The notes below the pieces were generated by a model. It ran no database searches. It was given only the letters and a program-made list of their open reading frames with translations, and was not told where the DNA came from. Positions 26,982-36,627 of a DNA stretch of 47,652 nt are shown one piece after another. The number at the start of each line of letters is the position of its first letter. Positions within the stretch are counted from its first letter, which is position 1. The stretch is from contig JBNRMN010000030.1 of the NCBI GenBank assembly GCA_050309605.1, positions 1 through 47,652 on the forward strand. The letters run 5' to 3'. The position numbers and the translations under genes are program-made. Source of the stretch: Anaerohalosphaeraceae bacterium (GTDB taxonomy: Bacteria; Planctomycetota; Phycisphaerae; Sedimentisphaerales; Anaerohalosphaeraceae).

Positions 26982-29856
26982 AACGTTTCTCCTCTTGCCT
27001 GTCCTCGTTCAGATTCAACGGTGCAATCACGGTTGCCTCGGTTCCTCTGTTTTTAGCGGATTCGATCTTCAAACAGCCGCCGATATGGCTCAATCGTTCG
27101 CGCAGATTGAACAGACCAAATCCGCCGTTTTCCGATGAGCGCCTTGACAGCACCGAGACATCAAATCCCCGCCCATTGTCCTGCACTGTAATCTGGATAT
27201 CGGACTCCAGGCGTGAACAGAAGATCTTGACCAAATCGGCCTCGGCGTGTTTGGCCGCATTGATCAGCAGTTCCCTGACCGATCGATAAAGCAGTACCTT
27301 GACATCGTCCCTCAGCGGCTTGGGTGAAGCGCAGCTTTCGAAAGAACAGTTGAAATGATGCTCTTTGGACATCCGTTCCGCCAAATCCTCAATGGCCACC
27401 TCAAGCCCCAGATCATAGAGCAGCGCCGGACTTAAGTCAAAGCTCAGCGACCGCGCCTGCTCTACTGCTGTATCCAACTGGTCGGCGATCTGTCGCAGGG
27501 ATTTGGCAAGCGGAGGCGAAGCGGTTTGTTGAAGCCGTCGCAGTTCGCGTCCGGAAAAAGACAGGATCTGACCGATTGAATCGTGTAGATCCTGGGCGAT
27601 GCGCCGGCGCTGGCGTTCCTCGGCCAACTGCAATTGAGTCGCCAGAGAACGCAGTTCTTTCTGCTGGTGAAGAATTTCGGCCTCCGCCTTTTTGGCGGCG
27701 GTGATGTCCCGGATCATCCCGGCCATCATCGTCAGTTCACCGTGCGCATTGCGTACCGGATAGCCGATATCATGCACCCAGCGAATCGCGTCGTCGGATT
27801 GAACAATGCGATACACATAGTTCCACCGCCCTTTGGCGTGTCCTTTCAACCCGGCGACCAGCCGGTCCCGGTCGTCCGGATGAACGGATTCGAGAAAAGA
27901 CATCGGGTTTTGATACAAGCTGCGCCGCGTCTTGCCCCAGAGTTTTTCATAGGCCGGACTGATATACAATATTTGTCCTATGCCGGGCGTACACATCCAG
28001 AAGACATCTTCAGAGGCCTGTGCCATCAGCCGAAACCGCTGCTCGCTCTGCCGGACCGCTTCTTCGGCGCGGACGCGCCCCGTAATATCGTGCACCGTTC
28101 CGATCATCCGAACAGGGCGATGATCCGCATCATAAACGACCTCGGCCTGTTCGTGCACAACACGCTCAATGCCGTCGGGCCGAATCACCCGGTGATCAAT
28201 ACTGTAGCGTTTTGCCCCGGCCAGAGCCTCCTGCACCGCTCGGTTGACGGCGTCGCGATCCTCCGGATGCACATACGCCAAAAACGTATCATAGGTGACC
28301 TCCAATTGTCCCGGCGTCAGTCCGAAGATGCGATACACCTCATCGGACCACCATAGTGTATTAAGCGCAATCGTCCATTCCCAGTTGCCCAGATGCGCCA
28401 CACGCTGCGCCTCGCGCAGCCGCGATTCACTGTTGCGTAATTCCGCTTCCACATCAAATCGATGAACCGGCTCGCCAATCAGCATGGCGACGCTTTCGAG
28501 AAATTCCACCCGGTCCGGCGGGGTTCTGTTTTCGCGTCGGTCGGCAAGATGAATCGCTCCGATAATGACATCCCGATAGCGCACCGGAATCACCGCCAGC
28601 GACGCAAAGCCGTGCTGAAGACAGACGCCGCGATACTGCTTTTTTTTCTCCTCCGGCAAATCATCCAGAAAGCGGAACGTGTTTTCACAGCAAAACGCCC
28701 CGCGCGGCGTCACCAGCGGGATGTCCTGCGCCCCCGGCCGTTGGGTGATGGCGCGAATGCAAAGGCAGGTATCGTTCTTCAGCGACAGGCAGTTTTCCGT
28801 TGCCAGAAAATCGTCACTGAAACCGACACAGGACGCATACGGAATGCAATCCTGCGCATCGCGCAGACGAATGCCGACACATTCACAGCCGCTCCATTGG
28901 CGAATCAATTCGACCGCCGAATCCAGATAGTCCTGTCGCGATGTGTTATGGGTAAACAGCTCAAGCAGCTTATGGGTAAACTCCGTGCGAAGCTGGCCCT
29001 GCTTGCGGTCGGTCACATCCTCCAGCGAGAAGACCAACATCTCAACGTCCCCCTGCTCATCGGTGATCGGCATCAGCGTCCAGTCCCAGTAGGTTGTGCC
29101 CCACTCGGGATGATCCTGATACAGAAACGGTTTGGCCGACGCGCGAAACGGGGTTTTCGTCCGAACCACCTCTTCAAATATACGCTGATTTTCCTCGTCG
29201 GGAAAAAACTCAAAATGATTGCGACCGATCAGGTCCGCCGGTTCGTGTCCGCAGGAATCCGCGTAGGCCTGGTTGACGCGAACAAAGTTAAATTTCCTGT
29301 TGAGCATAACCAGCGGTGTAATGGTATTCGAAAAAAAAGCGTCCAGGTCCCTTGACTGTTTGTGAAGCACCTTTTCCGTCAGTTTTCGCTGGGTGATTTC
29401 TTCTTCAAGCAATGCAACGGTACGCGCCGACTCGGCGGTCCTTTGCCGGAGGTGCAGCTCAAGTTTCTCGCGCGATTTTCGAAGCGCCGATTCCAACTGT
29501 TTTTGTTCGGTCATATCGTGAAGAATCGTCAGCATCGAGATGCGTCCGTCCGGATTGACCAAAGGGGTCTCAAAACAGTCATAAGCCCTGGCCGTTTTAG
29601 GACATTCCATCTGCCCTCTGACTGTCTTGCCGCCCACTACGTCCTGCCACTTGCACCAGGGACACGGCTCAGTGCGGCCGTACAGATAGGCAAAGCACGT
29701 GACGCCCGGCCGGAACGGGCCGTGTTCGTTGACAATGGCGGCGTTGACGTATTCCACCTCATAGCGCGCGCCGATCACATAGATCCTGTCTTTCATGGAA
29801 TCCAAAATAGCAAGCAGATGTTCCCGCTCCAAAGCAGTATTTATGTGTTCAGCCAC
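26953..29856 (-). CDS. Cytoplasmic multi-PAS/GAF sensor histidine kinase (HisKA_3)
   Basis: Four PAS-like repeats, a GAF-like segment, ERQRRRIAQDLHDSIGQ, ELLINAAKHA, DNGRGFD, GFGL..LRER; no TM; overlaps the regulator. Confidence 0.93.
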   Translation of the reverse strand: MAEHINTALEREHLLAILDSMKDRIYVIGARYEVEYVNAAIVNEHGPFRPGVTCFAYLYGRTEPCPWCKWQDVVGGKTVRGQMECPKTARAYDCFETPLVNPDGRISMLTILHDMTEQKQLESALRKSREKLELHLRQRTAESARTVALLEEEITQRKLTEKVLHKQSRDLDAFFSNTITPLVMLNRKFNFVRVNQAYADSCGHEPADLIGRNHFEFFPDEENQRIFEEVVRTKTPFRASAKPFLYQDHPEWGTTYWDWTLMPITDEQGDVEMLVFSLEDVTDRKQGQLRTEFTHKLLELFTHNTSRQDYLDSAVELIRQWSGCECVGIRLRDAQDCIPYASCVGFSDDFLATENCLSLKNDTCLCIRAITQRPGAQDIPLVTPRGAFCCENTFRFLDDLPEEKKKQYRGVCLQHGFASLAVIPVRYRDVIIGAIHLADRRENRTPPDRVEFLESVAMLIGEPVHRFDVEAELRNSESRLREAQRVAHLGNWEWTIALNTLWWSDEVYRIFGLTPGQLEVTYDTFLAYVHPEDRDAVNRAVQEALAGAKRYSIDHRVIRPDGIERVVHEQAEVVYDADHRPVRMIGTVHDITGRVRAEEAVRQSEQRFRLMAQASEDVFWMCTPGIGQILYISPAYEKLWGKTRRSLYQNPMSFLESVHPDDRDRLVAGLKGHAKGRWNYVYRIVQSDDAIRWVHDIGYPVRNAHGELTMMAGMIRDITAAKKAEAEILHQQKELRSLATQLQLAEERQRRRIAQDLHDSIGQILSFSGRELRRLQQTASPPLAKSLRQIADQLDTAVEQARSLSFDLSPALLYDLGLEVAIEDLAERMSKEHHFNCSFESCASPKPLRDDVKVLLYRSVRELLINAAKHAEADLVKIFCSRLESDIQITVQDNGRGFDVSVLSRRSSENGGFGLFNLRERLSHIGGCLKIESAKNRGTEATVIAPLNLNEDRQEEKRYADKNSIGR

Positions 29857-30061
29857 CTTGACATCTCCACTGAATCAAAGACAGCACGCCGCTGTTTCGA
29901 ACATTTGCGCAAATCATAGTACCTCCCCGACCTTTGAAAGTAAATACAAAAGCACACCCGATACCCGACATACGACGGCAGATCAGCATGGCGATGCGCA
30001 TCGCGTGCGGTCGAAGTGTCCAATGAGCGGTGTTATCGTCTGTTTGGCCGTTGAGCCGTCT

Positions 30062-31177
30062 TTATAGGTCCTGAAGCCAAAATCGGGCAAAAATCAGCAG
30101 ATCGTTATAATTCACGACGCCATCGCCGTTCAGATCGACCCCTGCGCATTGATCGTCGCCGCACTCATCCGCCAGCCACCACTGCGCAAAATACGCCATG
30201 TCCTCCATGTGGACGCCGTGCGGACATACGAAATCGGCGGCGGGGATTTGCCATTGCAGCCGGGGGTAATCCATCCCCTCGCAGAGCGTCCAGATGTTTT
30301 GAAAATCCCATCCCGCCTCGGTGTAAAGGCTCTGGGTTTGCATCTGAGCCGTGGTTTTTCCCTCGCCGCCGCCGTTGGACATCGTGCCGGTCGTTTCAAT
30401 GTCCCAAAAACTGCCTGTAATGACGCCTTCCCAATTGATACCTGCCAGACCGCCGACTTCTGAGATGCCCGTTGTTTCGCCGACGGAGTAACAATGAACC
30501 ACTTGGCCTTTGTCGTTGGCGCCGAGCAATCCGCCGACATAATCTCGTCCACTGACCGTGCCCAACGCATAGCAGGCAGTGATGGCATCGCCCAGATTGT
30601 ATCCCGCCACGCCGCCGACATAGTCGCTGATGCTGACCACGGCCGCATCCGTAAAGCAGGCGGTAATTGCGCCGCCGATATTGCTTCCGGCCAGGCCGCC
30701 GGTGTCCCAGTAGTGCCCGCGGACAGAGCCGGTCACATAACAGGAGCGGATCGTGCCGTGATTGCGCCCGACCAGGCCGCCGACCGCCTCGTGCCCCTGA
30801 ACGTCCACGTTAACGATCCGGAGATTCTTGATGAGTCCGCCGGCGCCGATGTATCCGAACGGCCCGACAAAGTTCTCATTGTTCAGTGCGAGGGTCATAT
30901 TATGCAGCTTATAGTGATTTCCATCCAAGACGCCGTTAAAACGTACGGTGTTGTTGCCTACGGGCATGGGGTTTATTTCCGACAGATCAACATCATTCGT
31001 CAGAATAAACCACGCCCGCCAGTCTGCCGGCGAGGCCGTCAGTTCCAGCCAATCGGCGGCCGTGCTGATGCGGTAGGGATCGGCCTCGGTACCTGCGCCG
31101 CCGCTGTAGGTACCGGCAAAAATCACGGACGAGAAGACCGTCATCCCCGCCGCCAGAAATACAGATCCGACATTCAT
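30062..31177 (-). CDS. Secreted GLUG-repeat protein with C-terminal dockerin/EF-hand-like domain
   Basis: Signal peptide, GAGT..DPY.I, repeated VGGLVG.N, C-terminal DLNGDGVVNYNDL..F...WL. Confidence 0.85.
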   Translation of the reverse strand: MNVGSVFLAAGMTVFSSVIFAGTYSGGAGTEADPYRISTAADWLELTASPADWRAWFILTNDVDLSEINPMPVGNNTVRFNGVLDGNHYKLHNMTLALNNENFVGPFGYIGAGGLIKNLRIVNVDVQGHEAVGGLVGRNHGTIRSCYVTGSVRGHYWDTGGLAGSNIGGAITACFTDAAVVSISDYVGGVAGYNLGDAITACYALGTVSGRDYVGGLLGANDKGQVVHCYSVGETTGISEVGGLAGINWEGVITGSFWDIETTGTMSNGGGEGKTTAQMQTQSLYTEAGWDFQNIWTLCEGMDYPRLQWQIPAADFVCPHGVHMEDMAYFAQWWLADECGDDQCAGVDLNGDGVVNYNDLLIFARFWLQDL

Positions 31178-31181
31178 ACCA

Positions 31182-32138
31182 TTACCCTCCTCTTTGCGAG
31201 CTTCGGCTCGGTTTAGTGAAGTTGGCGGTAATCGATAGATCTTTATTCATTGTGATCGTAACGGGGTTGACTTTGCCGGTCAATCCGCCTGACCATCCGC
31301 TGAAGGTATAGCCGTCATCGGCCGCGGCGATCAGTGTAACCGTTTGTCCTTCGAGGTAAACCGGCTTCTCCGGTGACAGGTTCACCCTGCCGTTCTCGGC
31401 GTTAACGGTCAGGACATAGGCGTTATCGGGCAAAACCTCATCGGCGATATGATATACAATCGTTTGTTCCGCCGCCTGGCCTCGAAACGACTGAACCGTT
31501 ATCCGCAGGGTGATGTCGTCATAGCAGTAACGCACACCGCCGCAGCGAATTCCAAACCCCACGCTGCGTCCGGTGCCGGCGTAATCGATAAACTCCAGCA
31601 GGGCCGATGACAGGGTCATCGCCGTTCCGTCCGCCAGGGTCAGCGCGGGTCTGTCGCCGAAGACCTTTGCCGTCCAGCCGTTCGGGTCATGGGTTTGACT
31701 CAGCCGATAAATCAGGTCGCCGTCCTGATACTGTGCTGAAAGAACCCCGCCGAACCGGGCAAACGGATCGTCTTGCTGCGTCTTTTCCTTCAACGGCAAA
31801 AACCCAAATCGTGGATTGTCCAGCACATAAACCCGCAGGGCCTGGTCATCAAAGCCTTCCTGTTCCGAGTCGGGTGCGAGACGAAGTTGGCTGCGCGGTG
31901 TGGACCCCGAAAGGCTCTCGTTCGAATCCGACGCCGCGGGGCGAATCTGATGGATTGTCACGACCGCGTCGGTGATAATCTGCCCGCCCTTCAACGGCAG
32001 CATAATGCGCGGGTTGATGCCCCAGGTATAACACTGTTCCGGTTCAAACAGGCCGTATGCCGGCGCCGAATTAGGTTCCGGCGCCGCGCTCAACGCCGCG
32101 GCAATCAACCACAATGTCAGTCCAAATAATTTCATCAT
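31182..32138 (-). CDS. Secreted protein with C-terminal InlB B-repeat-like (bacterial repeat) domain
   Basis: Signal peptide from ATG 32138; C-terminal Y.LTV..ENG.V..SP...Y..GQTVTL.A..DDGYTFSGWSG...NP.TITM...SITANF. Confidence 0.75.
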   Translation of the reverse strand: MMKLFGLTLWLIAAALSAAPEPNSAPAYGLFEPEQCYTWGINPRIMLPLKGGQIITDAVVTIHQIRPAASDSNESLSGSTPRSQLRLAPDSEQEGFDDQALRVYVLDNPRFGFLPLKEKTQQDDPFARFGGVLSAQYQDGDLIYRLSQTHDPNGWTAKVFGDRPALTLADGTAMTLSSALLEFIDYAGTGRSVGFGIRCGGVRYCYDDITLRITVQSFRGQAAEQTIVYHIADEVLPDNAYVLTVNAENGRVNLSPEKPVYLEGQTVTLIAAADDGYTFSGWSGGLTGKVNPVTITMNKDLSITANFTKPSRSSQRGG

Positions 32139-32393
32139 CCCTCTTGGAAATCCTTCTGTCTGATCTACACAAAGTTGCTGTCGATGAACCCTGGATCCCC
32201 CGATAAGCCGGCTAAAATGTGAAACCAAACATCTTAGCGATGCGATGACGAACTGCTACCTTAAACGTCCTATAATACACAACCCGGCAAAGCAATACAA
32301 GCGAATTATTGGGAAATGCAAAAAAGAGTTCTCGATTTCAAAATCAGACATTAGACGGTATTCTTGCCGGTGATTTTAGCACACGACGGTTAT

Positions 32394-33494
32394 TTAAGAG
32401 CCGATGGGGATGCGGACCGTAAAGATCGACCCTTCCCCCGGCAGGGTTTTGACCTCGATTCGGCCGTGATGGTTCCGGACGATTTTTCGGGCGATGGCCA
32501 GGCCCAGTCCCGTGCCTTGACCCTGTTTGTCGGTATGAAACGGCTCGAAGATCAGGTCGGTATTCTCAATCCCGCGCCCGTTGTCCGTGACGCGCAGCAC
32601 AAGCTCGCCGGTCTTGTGATTCAGTTCGGTATGGACGGTGACCTGGCCGACTTGCGGCTCGACGGCCTCGATGGCGTTCATCACCAGGTTCATCAGCACA
32701 TCCTGCATCTGATCCGGATCCAGATTGACCTGCTCAAGCTGTTCATCCAATTGAATCGTCAGCGAAACGTGCCGCAGATCGGCCTGCGGACGCAGCACTT
32801 CGGCGACCGACTCGACGAGTCGATTGAATTGGCAGGGCTGCATGCGGGGCGGCGTTTCGCGGCTGAACTTGAGCATGTCCAGCACGACCTTGTGAATCTT
32901 GTCAAGATTGCGTTTCAGAATGTTCCAGGCTTTTTTGGCCTGATCCATATCGTGGTAACCAAAGGCGTCATCCATCACGTCCTGCCCCGACCGCAAAGCC
33001 TGAAGGATGTTCTTGACGCCGTGAGACATATTCAGCGCCGCCTGCCCGGCCTCAAGAATGCGTTTGCGATGGCGGGCGGCCTGTTTGGATTGCAGCGAAT
33101 CAAACGCCACGGCGATCATCGTTTCGCCCGGATCAAAGACCAGTTCCACCGGTGCGTTGGGGTCCTGTTCGGGTGTCAGCCATTGCTCCGGATAGTCCCC
33201 CTCAAACAGCAAGACCGTGGCGCCGCAGCGAATCTGGTCGTGATGGGACAAACCGGTGGTATGCTGAACGCGAAGCTCGTTGATAAAGGTGCCGTTCGAT
33301 GACCCCAGATCACGGATAAACCACTGGCCATCCCGAAACGACAGCTCGGCGTGTCGGCGTGAGATGGCATTGTCGGGGATGCGCATCTCGACGCCCTCGC
33401 TGCCGCGGCCGATGACGAATGTCGTGCCGCGCTGAGAAGTCAGTTCAAACGACTTGTCGCGTAACGCGCCGGTAAGCAGAGTCAGTGTTGCCAT
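32394..33494 (-). CDS. FHA-domain histidine kinase
   Basis: FHA motifs IGRG, ISRRHA and DLGSSNGTFIN; H-box SHGVKNIL; NLVMNAIEA, DNGRGI, FEPF.TDK..GTGLGL. Confidence 0.9.
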   Translation of the reverse strand: MATLTLLTGALRDKSFELTSQRGTTFVIGRGSEGVEMRIPDNAISRRHAELSFRDGQWFIRDLGSSNGTFINELRVQHTTGLSHHDQIRCGATVLLFEGDYPEQWLTPEQDPNAPVELVFDPGETMIAVAFDSLQSKQAARHRKRILEAGQAALNMSHGVKNILQALRSGQDVMDDAFGYHDMDQAKKAWNILKRNLDKIHKVVLDMLKFSRETPPRMQPCQFNRLVESVAEVLRPQADLRHVSLTIQLDEQLEQVNLDPDQMQDVLMNLVMNAIEAVEPQVGQVTVHTELNHKTGELVLRVTDNGRGIENTDLIFEPFHTDKQGQGTGLGLAIARKIVRNHHGRIEVKTLPGEGSIFTVRIPIGS

Positions 33495-33550
33495 AGTTAA
33501 TTATCACATCTCAAAGCTGAAATCATTGATCACACATCGGGATACCAGTT

Positions 33551-34945
33551 TTATTTGCCGATACAAAACCGCGAAAAGATACTGTCGAGGATTTGTTCGC
33601 TGACATTTTCGTGTTCCAGTCCGCCGAGCGTTTCGTAGCCCTGGCGCAGCAGCATCGCGGCGGTCTCCTCACGGCCGGCGTGTATTTCATCGGCGGCTTG
33701 GTCAAGACTCTTAACCGCTTCTTCGAGCCGTTGACGATGGCGTCGGTTCAGCGTCAGCCGGTCGGCCTGTTCGTCCCCGCTGCGTCCGGTAATCAGGGTG
33801 TTTTTAATACGGATTTTTAAGTCCGACAGTCCCTGTCCCGTGCGGGCACTGGTGAGACTGAACGGGGCGTCAAAAAAATCGCGTCCCCACTCGGTCAGTC
33901 GCCGCAATGCGATTTCATCGGCCAGGTCGGCTTTGGTCGCGACAGGAATCAGCCGTGCGGCCTGAATCTCCGAGAGGATGCGCCGATCGGCCTCAAACGA
34001 CGACTTGCCGGCGTCGATGCAGAACAGCACCACCGCCGCTTGCCGCAGGGCATCGACCGCGGTCTGATGTGCCAGATAATCCAACCGGCTGCGAGTGGGT
34101 GCGTCCGGCAGCAGCCCGGCACAGTCAAACAGCACACAGCCGATCCCGTCCAGATCCAGCACGCCGGTCAGAATGTCGCGCGTCGTGGCCTCGATGGGCG
34201 AGACGATGCTGCGCGTGCGTCCCAGCAGGGCGTTGAGCAGACTGCTTTTGCCCGTGTTGGGCAGTCCGGCCAGCCCGACGGCGTCCAGGTCGATCATCCG
34301 CTCAAGCCGGATGCCGCCGTCGAGCAGTTCGCCCAAACGGTTGCGCTGGGCCGTGATGCGCGTCGCGGCCTGATCGGCGGCAATGAATTCAATGTCCTCC
34401 TCGGTAAAATCCAGCCCCGCCTCGATCAGGCCGAGCAAGTCCAGGATGTCGCCTCGTACCCGGCGGATGGTTTCGGAAAACCGCCCGTGCAGCAGCTTTT
34501 CCGCCGCGGCAAGCTGTACGCTGTTGGCCGACGAGACAATCTGGGCGACCGCCTCGGCCTGGGTCAGATCCATCTTGCCGTTCAGGTAGGCCCGCAGCGT
34601 AAATTCACCCGGCTGCGCCAGCCTGGCCCGTTCGCATAAACGCTGCAAAAGATGCTCCACCGCGCCCGGCGCCGCCCAGAGGTGCAACTCGGCCATATCT
34701 TCGCCCGTATAGGAACGCGGCGAAAAAAAACAGTACAACATCCCCTCGATTTCCAGCCGTCTGCTGAGCTGCACCCGACACGGCAGCACCGCATCGGCCT
34801 GCGGCGGACGGTCCGTCGTCACGATCCCGGCCAGCACATCCCACAGCCCCGCTCCCGACAGCCGAACAATACTCCGCGCCGTCTGCCCGACCGAAGGCAA
34901 AGCACTGCTGACCGCAACAATCACATTGATTGAGCTATCCATCAA
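33551..34945 (-). CDS. mnmE: tRNA modification GTPase MnmE/TrmE
   Basis: IVRLSG, PRSYTGED.AE, PGEFTLRAYLNGKMDLTQAEAV, G1 GLPNTGKSSL, C-terminal IFSRFCIGK. Confidence 0.93.
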   Translation of the reverse strand: MMDSSINVIVAVSSALPSVGQTARSIVRLSGAGLWDVLAGIVTTDRPPQADAVLPCRVQLSRRLEIEGMLYCFFSPRSYTGEDMAELHLWAAPGAVEHLLQRLCERARLAQPGEFTLRAYLNGKMDLTQAEAVAQIVSSANSVQLAAAEKLLHGRFSETIRRVRGDILDLLGLIEAGLDFTEEDIEFIAADQAATRITAQRNRLGELLDGGIRLERMIDLDAVGLAGLPNTGKSSLLNALLGRTRSIVSPIEATTRDILTGVLDLDGIGCVLFDCAGLLPDAPTRSRLDYLAHQTAVDALRQAAVVLFCIDAGKSSFEADRRILSEIQAARLIPVATKADLADEIALRRLTEWGRDFFDAPFSLTSARTGQGLSDLKIRIKNTLITGRSGDEQADRLTLNRRHRQRLEEAVKSLDQAADEIHAGREETAAMLLRQGYETLGGLEHENVSEQILDSIFSRFCIGK

Positions 34946-35096
34946 ATAAAAACCAATTCCAGAATTTTGTTTTAAGTGATTGATTTATATAGACATATAA
35001 GAAATCGCGGCGACCTTGTTGTGCTGTGTTTGGCCATTTTGTCAAATAGCGATCAAATAACAAAGAGGCCTTATATGTCCAGAATAAAACTTTTTG

Positions 35097-36542
35097 CTAA
35101 TTTCTATCCAGTCCAAGTACATCCAGCTCTATCGGTAACCAGATATCGTCATCAGTAAATGCAACCCCATCCGGTCCCGGCGAATATATTCGCTTCTTAT
35201 CAACATCGACAACATACTCATCCCCATAAGCTCGCGCCGTCAAATCCGCTTCCCCCCGGAGACGATACGACAAAACACATTGGAATAGATCATCACTGAT
35301 TTTAGTTTTGAGAACGATTTCAGGTAATTTTTCCATAACCATTTCGGGCAACCATTCGATTGGTTGCTGAAAAATCGTAACCGACTTTGCACCGGCAGGG
35401 TTAAAAAAAGCATAATACCATGGTCGGGATATGCCAAAATCAGCTCCAATATTGGGTAAAAAACTTAGCCAAAACGGCCAAACACAGTACATTGCCTGCG
35501 GTTCGGCAGCTCCTTCGCTATATGCGATTGCGGCATCAATTATGTTTCGAAGCAATCGAGTTGATGACCGTTTTTTCTCAAAAAGTGAGAATCCATCTTG
35601 TTCATATTGTTGTAGAGTATTAAGGTAATCGAAAATAAACGGGTTTCTTAGGCTGAGTTGATCAAGTGTCAACGGCAAAAAATAGTCCTGGATACCTTCT
35701 AAAGCCTGGGTGTCTATGTTTGGGTTATTGACTATTTCATTTGCTGTTCGGATGTTGGAAATTAAGATGGGAAGACACGTTTGTTTGACCCTGTTGCTGC
35801 GTGCTGACACACTTAACTTTCGAATAAAGCAGTTCCATGCAATAAGTTCGGCTATTCCTTCTTCAACATGCCCTGATTGAATTAACAAAGGCACTGTATG
35901 ACTATACAGGATATTAAGGTAAACGAAATTCGTGGTAGATTGGTGGTGTTTTCTAAAAAAATCGGGCGTAGTCAAATCAGCAATTTGATCATAGATCATC
36001 GTTTCACGAATTTCTCGTCTGACTTCTTTGGTCTTTTCCCACATATGGAAAAAATCGTCTTGATACTGCTGACGCCACTCAGCCAAGTCAGGCATAACAT
36101 CCGGCGCCGACCAATGCTGTATGAGTATGTGCCAATCGTCGGAATTTAGTCCGATGAGTGAATTGTAATCCCTGACGGCATGACTGATGAAAAAATATGA
36201 AGTCAGTAAATCAAATGTATGGTCGAAAATCGGTTCGGCCGATGTCAGGGCAACAATGGTGTAGTCATCCTTGATCGGCGGCGCATCGCGCCAGGGTGAA
36301 GCTGACAAGAAGCCAACTACGAGCGCAAACGATGCCAGTCCGTAATACAGTCGCTTGTGGGCAATATGCTTGTTTCGAATCAGGCCAATTATTTCCAGTC
36401 CAGCACCCACAAAGGCTGCGGCGCCGATTACCGGTACCGATATCCCCAGAATGGCAGAAAACGCGGCCCCCCACGCGCCGATTTTGAGGGCAATTGCCTT
36501 TCGTCTTGACTTTTTGTCCTGTACCGAATCCTCACTTGGCAT
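35097..36542 (-). CDS. AT-rich hypothetical membrane-anchored protein with GspG-like C-terminal motif
   Basis: 481-aa ORF with N-terminal TMs, C-terminal IYSPGPDG..FTDDDI and an SD GGAGG; visibly AT-richer than its neighbours. Confidence 0.75.
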   Translation of the reverse strand: MPSEDSVQDKKSRRKAIALKIGAWGAAFSAILGISVPVIGAAAFVGAGLEIIGLIRNKHIAHKRLYYGLASFALVVGFLSASPWRDAPPIKDDYTIVALTSAEPIFDHTFDLLTSYFFISHAVRDYNSLIGLNSDDWHILIQHWSAPDVMPDLAEWRQQYQDDFFHMWEKTKEVRREIRETMIYDQIADLTTPDFFRKHHQSTTNFVYLNILYSHTVPLLIQSGHVEEGIAELIAWNCFIRKLSVSARSNRVKQTCLPILISNIRTANEIVNNPNIDTQALEGIQDYFLPLTLDQLSLRNPFIFDYLNTLQQYEQDGFSLFEKKRSSTRLLRNIIDAAIAYSEGAAEPQAMYCVWPFWLSFLPNIGADFGISRPWYYAFFNPAGAKSVTIFQQPIEWLPEMVMEKLPEIVLKTKISDDLFQCVLSYRLRGEADLTARAYGDEYVVDVDKKRIYSPGPDGVAFTDDDIWLPIELDVLGLDRN

Positions 36543-36627
36543 CGCTTTGCCTCCTTATTCAGCGGTACATTATTCGCGAGTATCCCAGGAAACACCAACA
36601 GCAAACCAATGTAAAGGGTTATTATTG

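Noticed and set aside
29991..30004. Perfect 14-bp palindrome GCGATGCGCATCGC upstream of the sensor kinase
   Set aside because: Single occurrence with no U-tract and no second copy seen; cannot be told apart from chance in GC-rich DNA.
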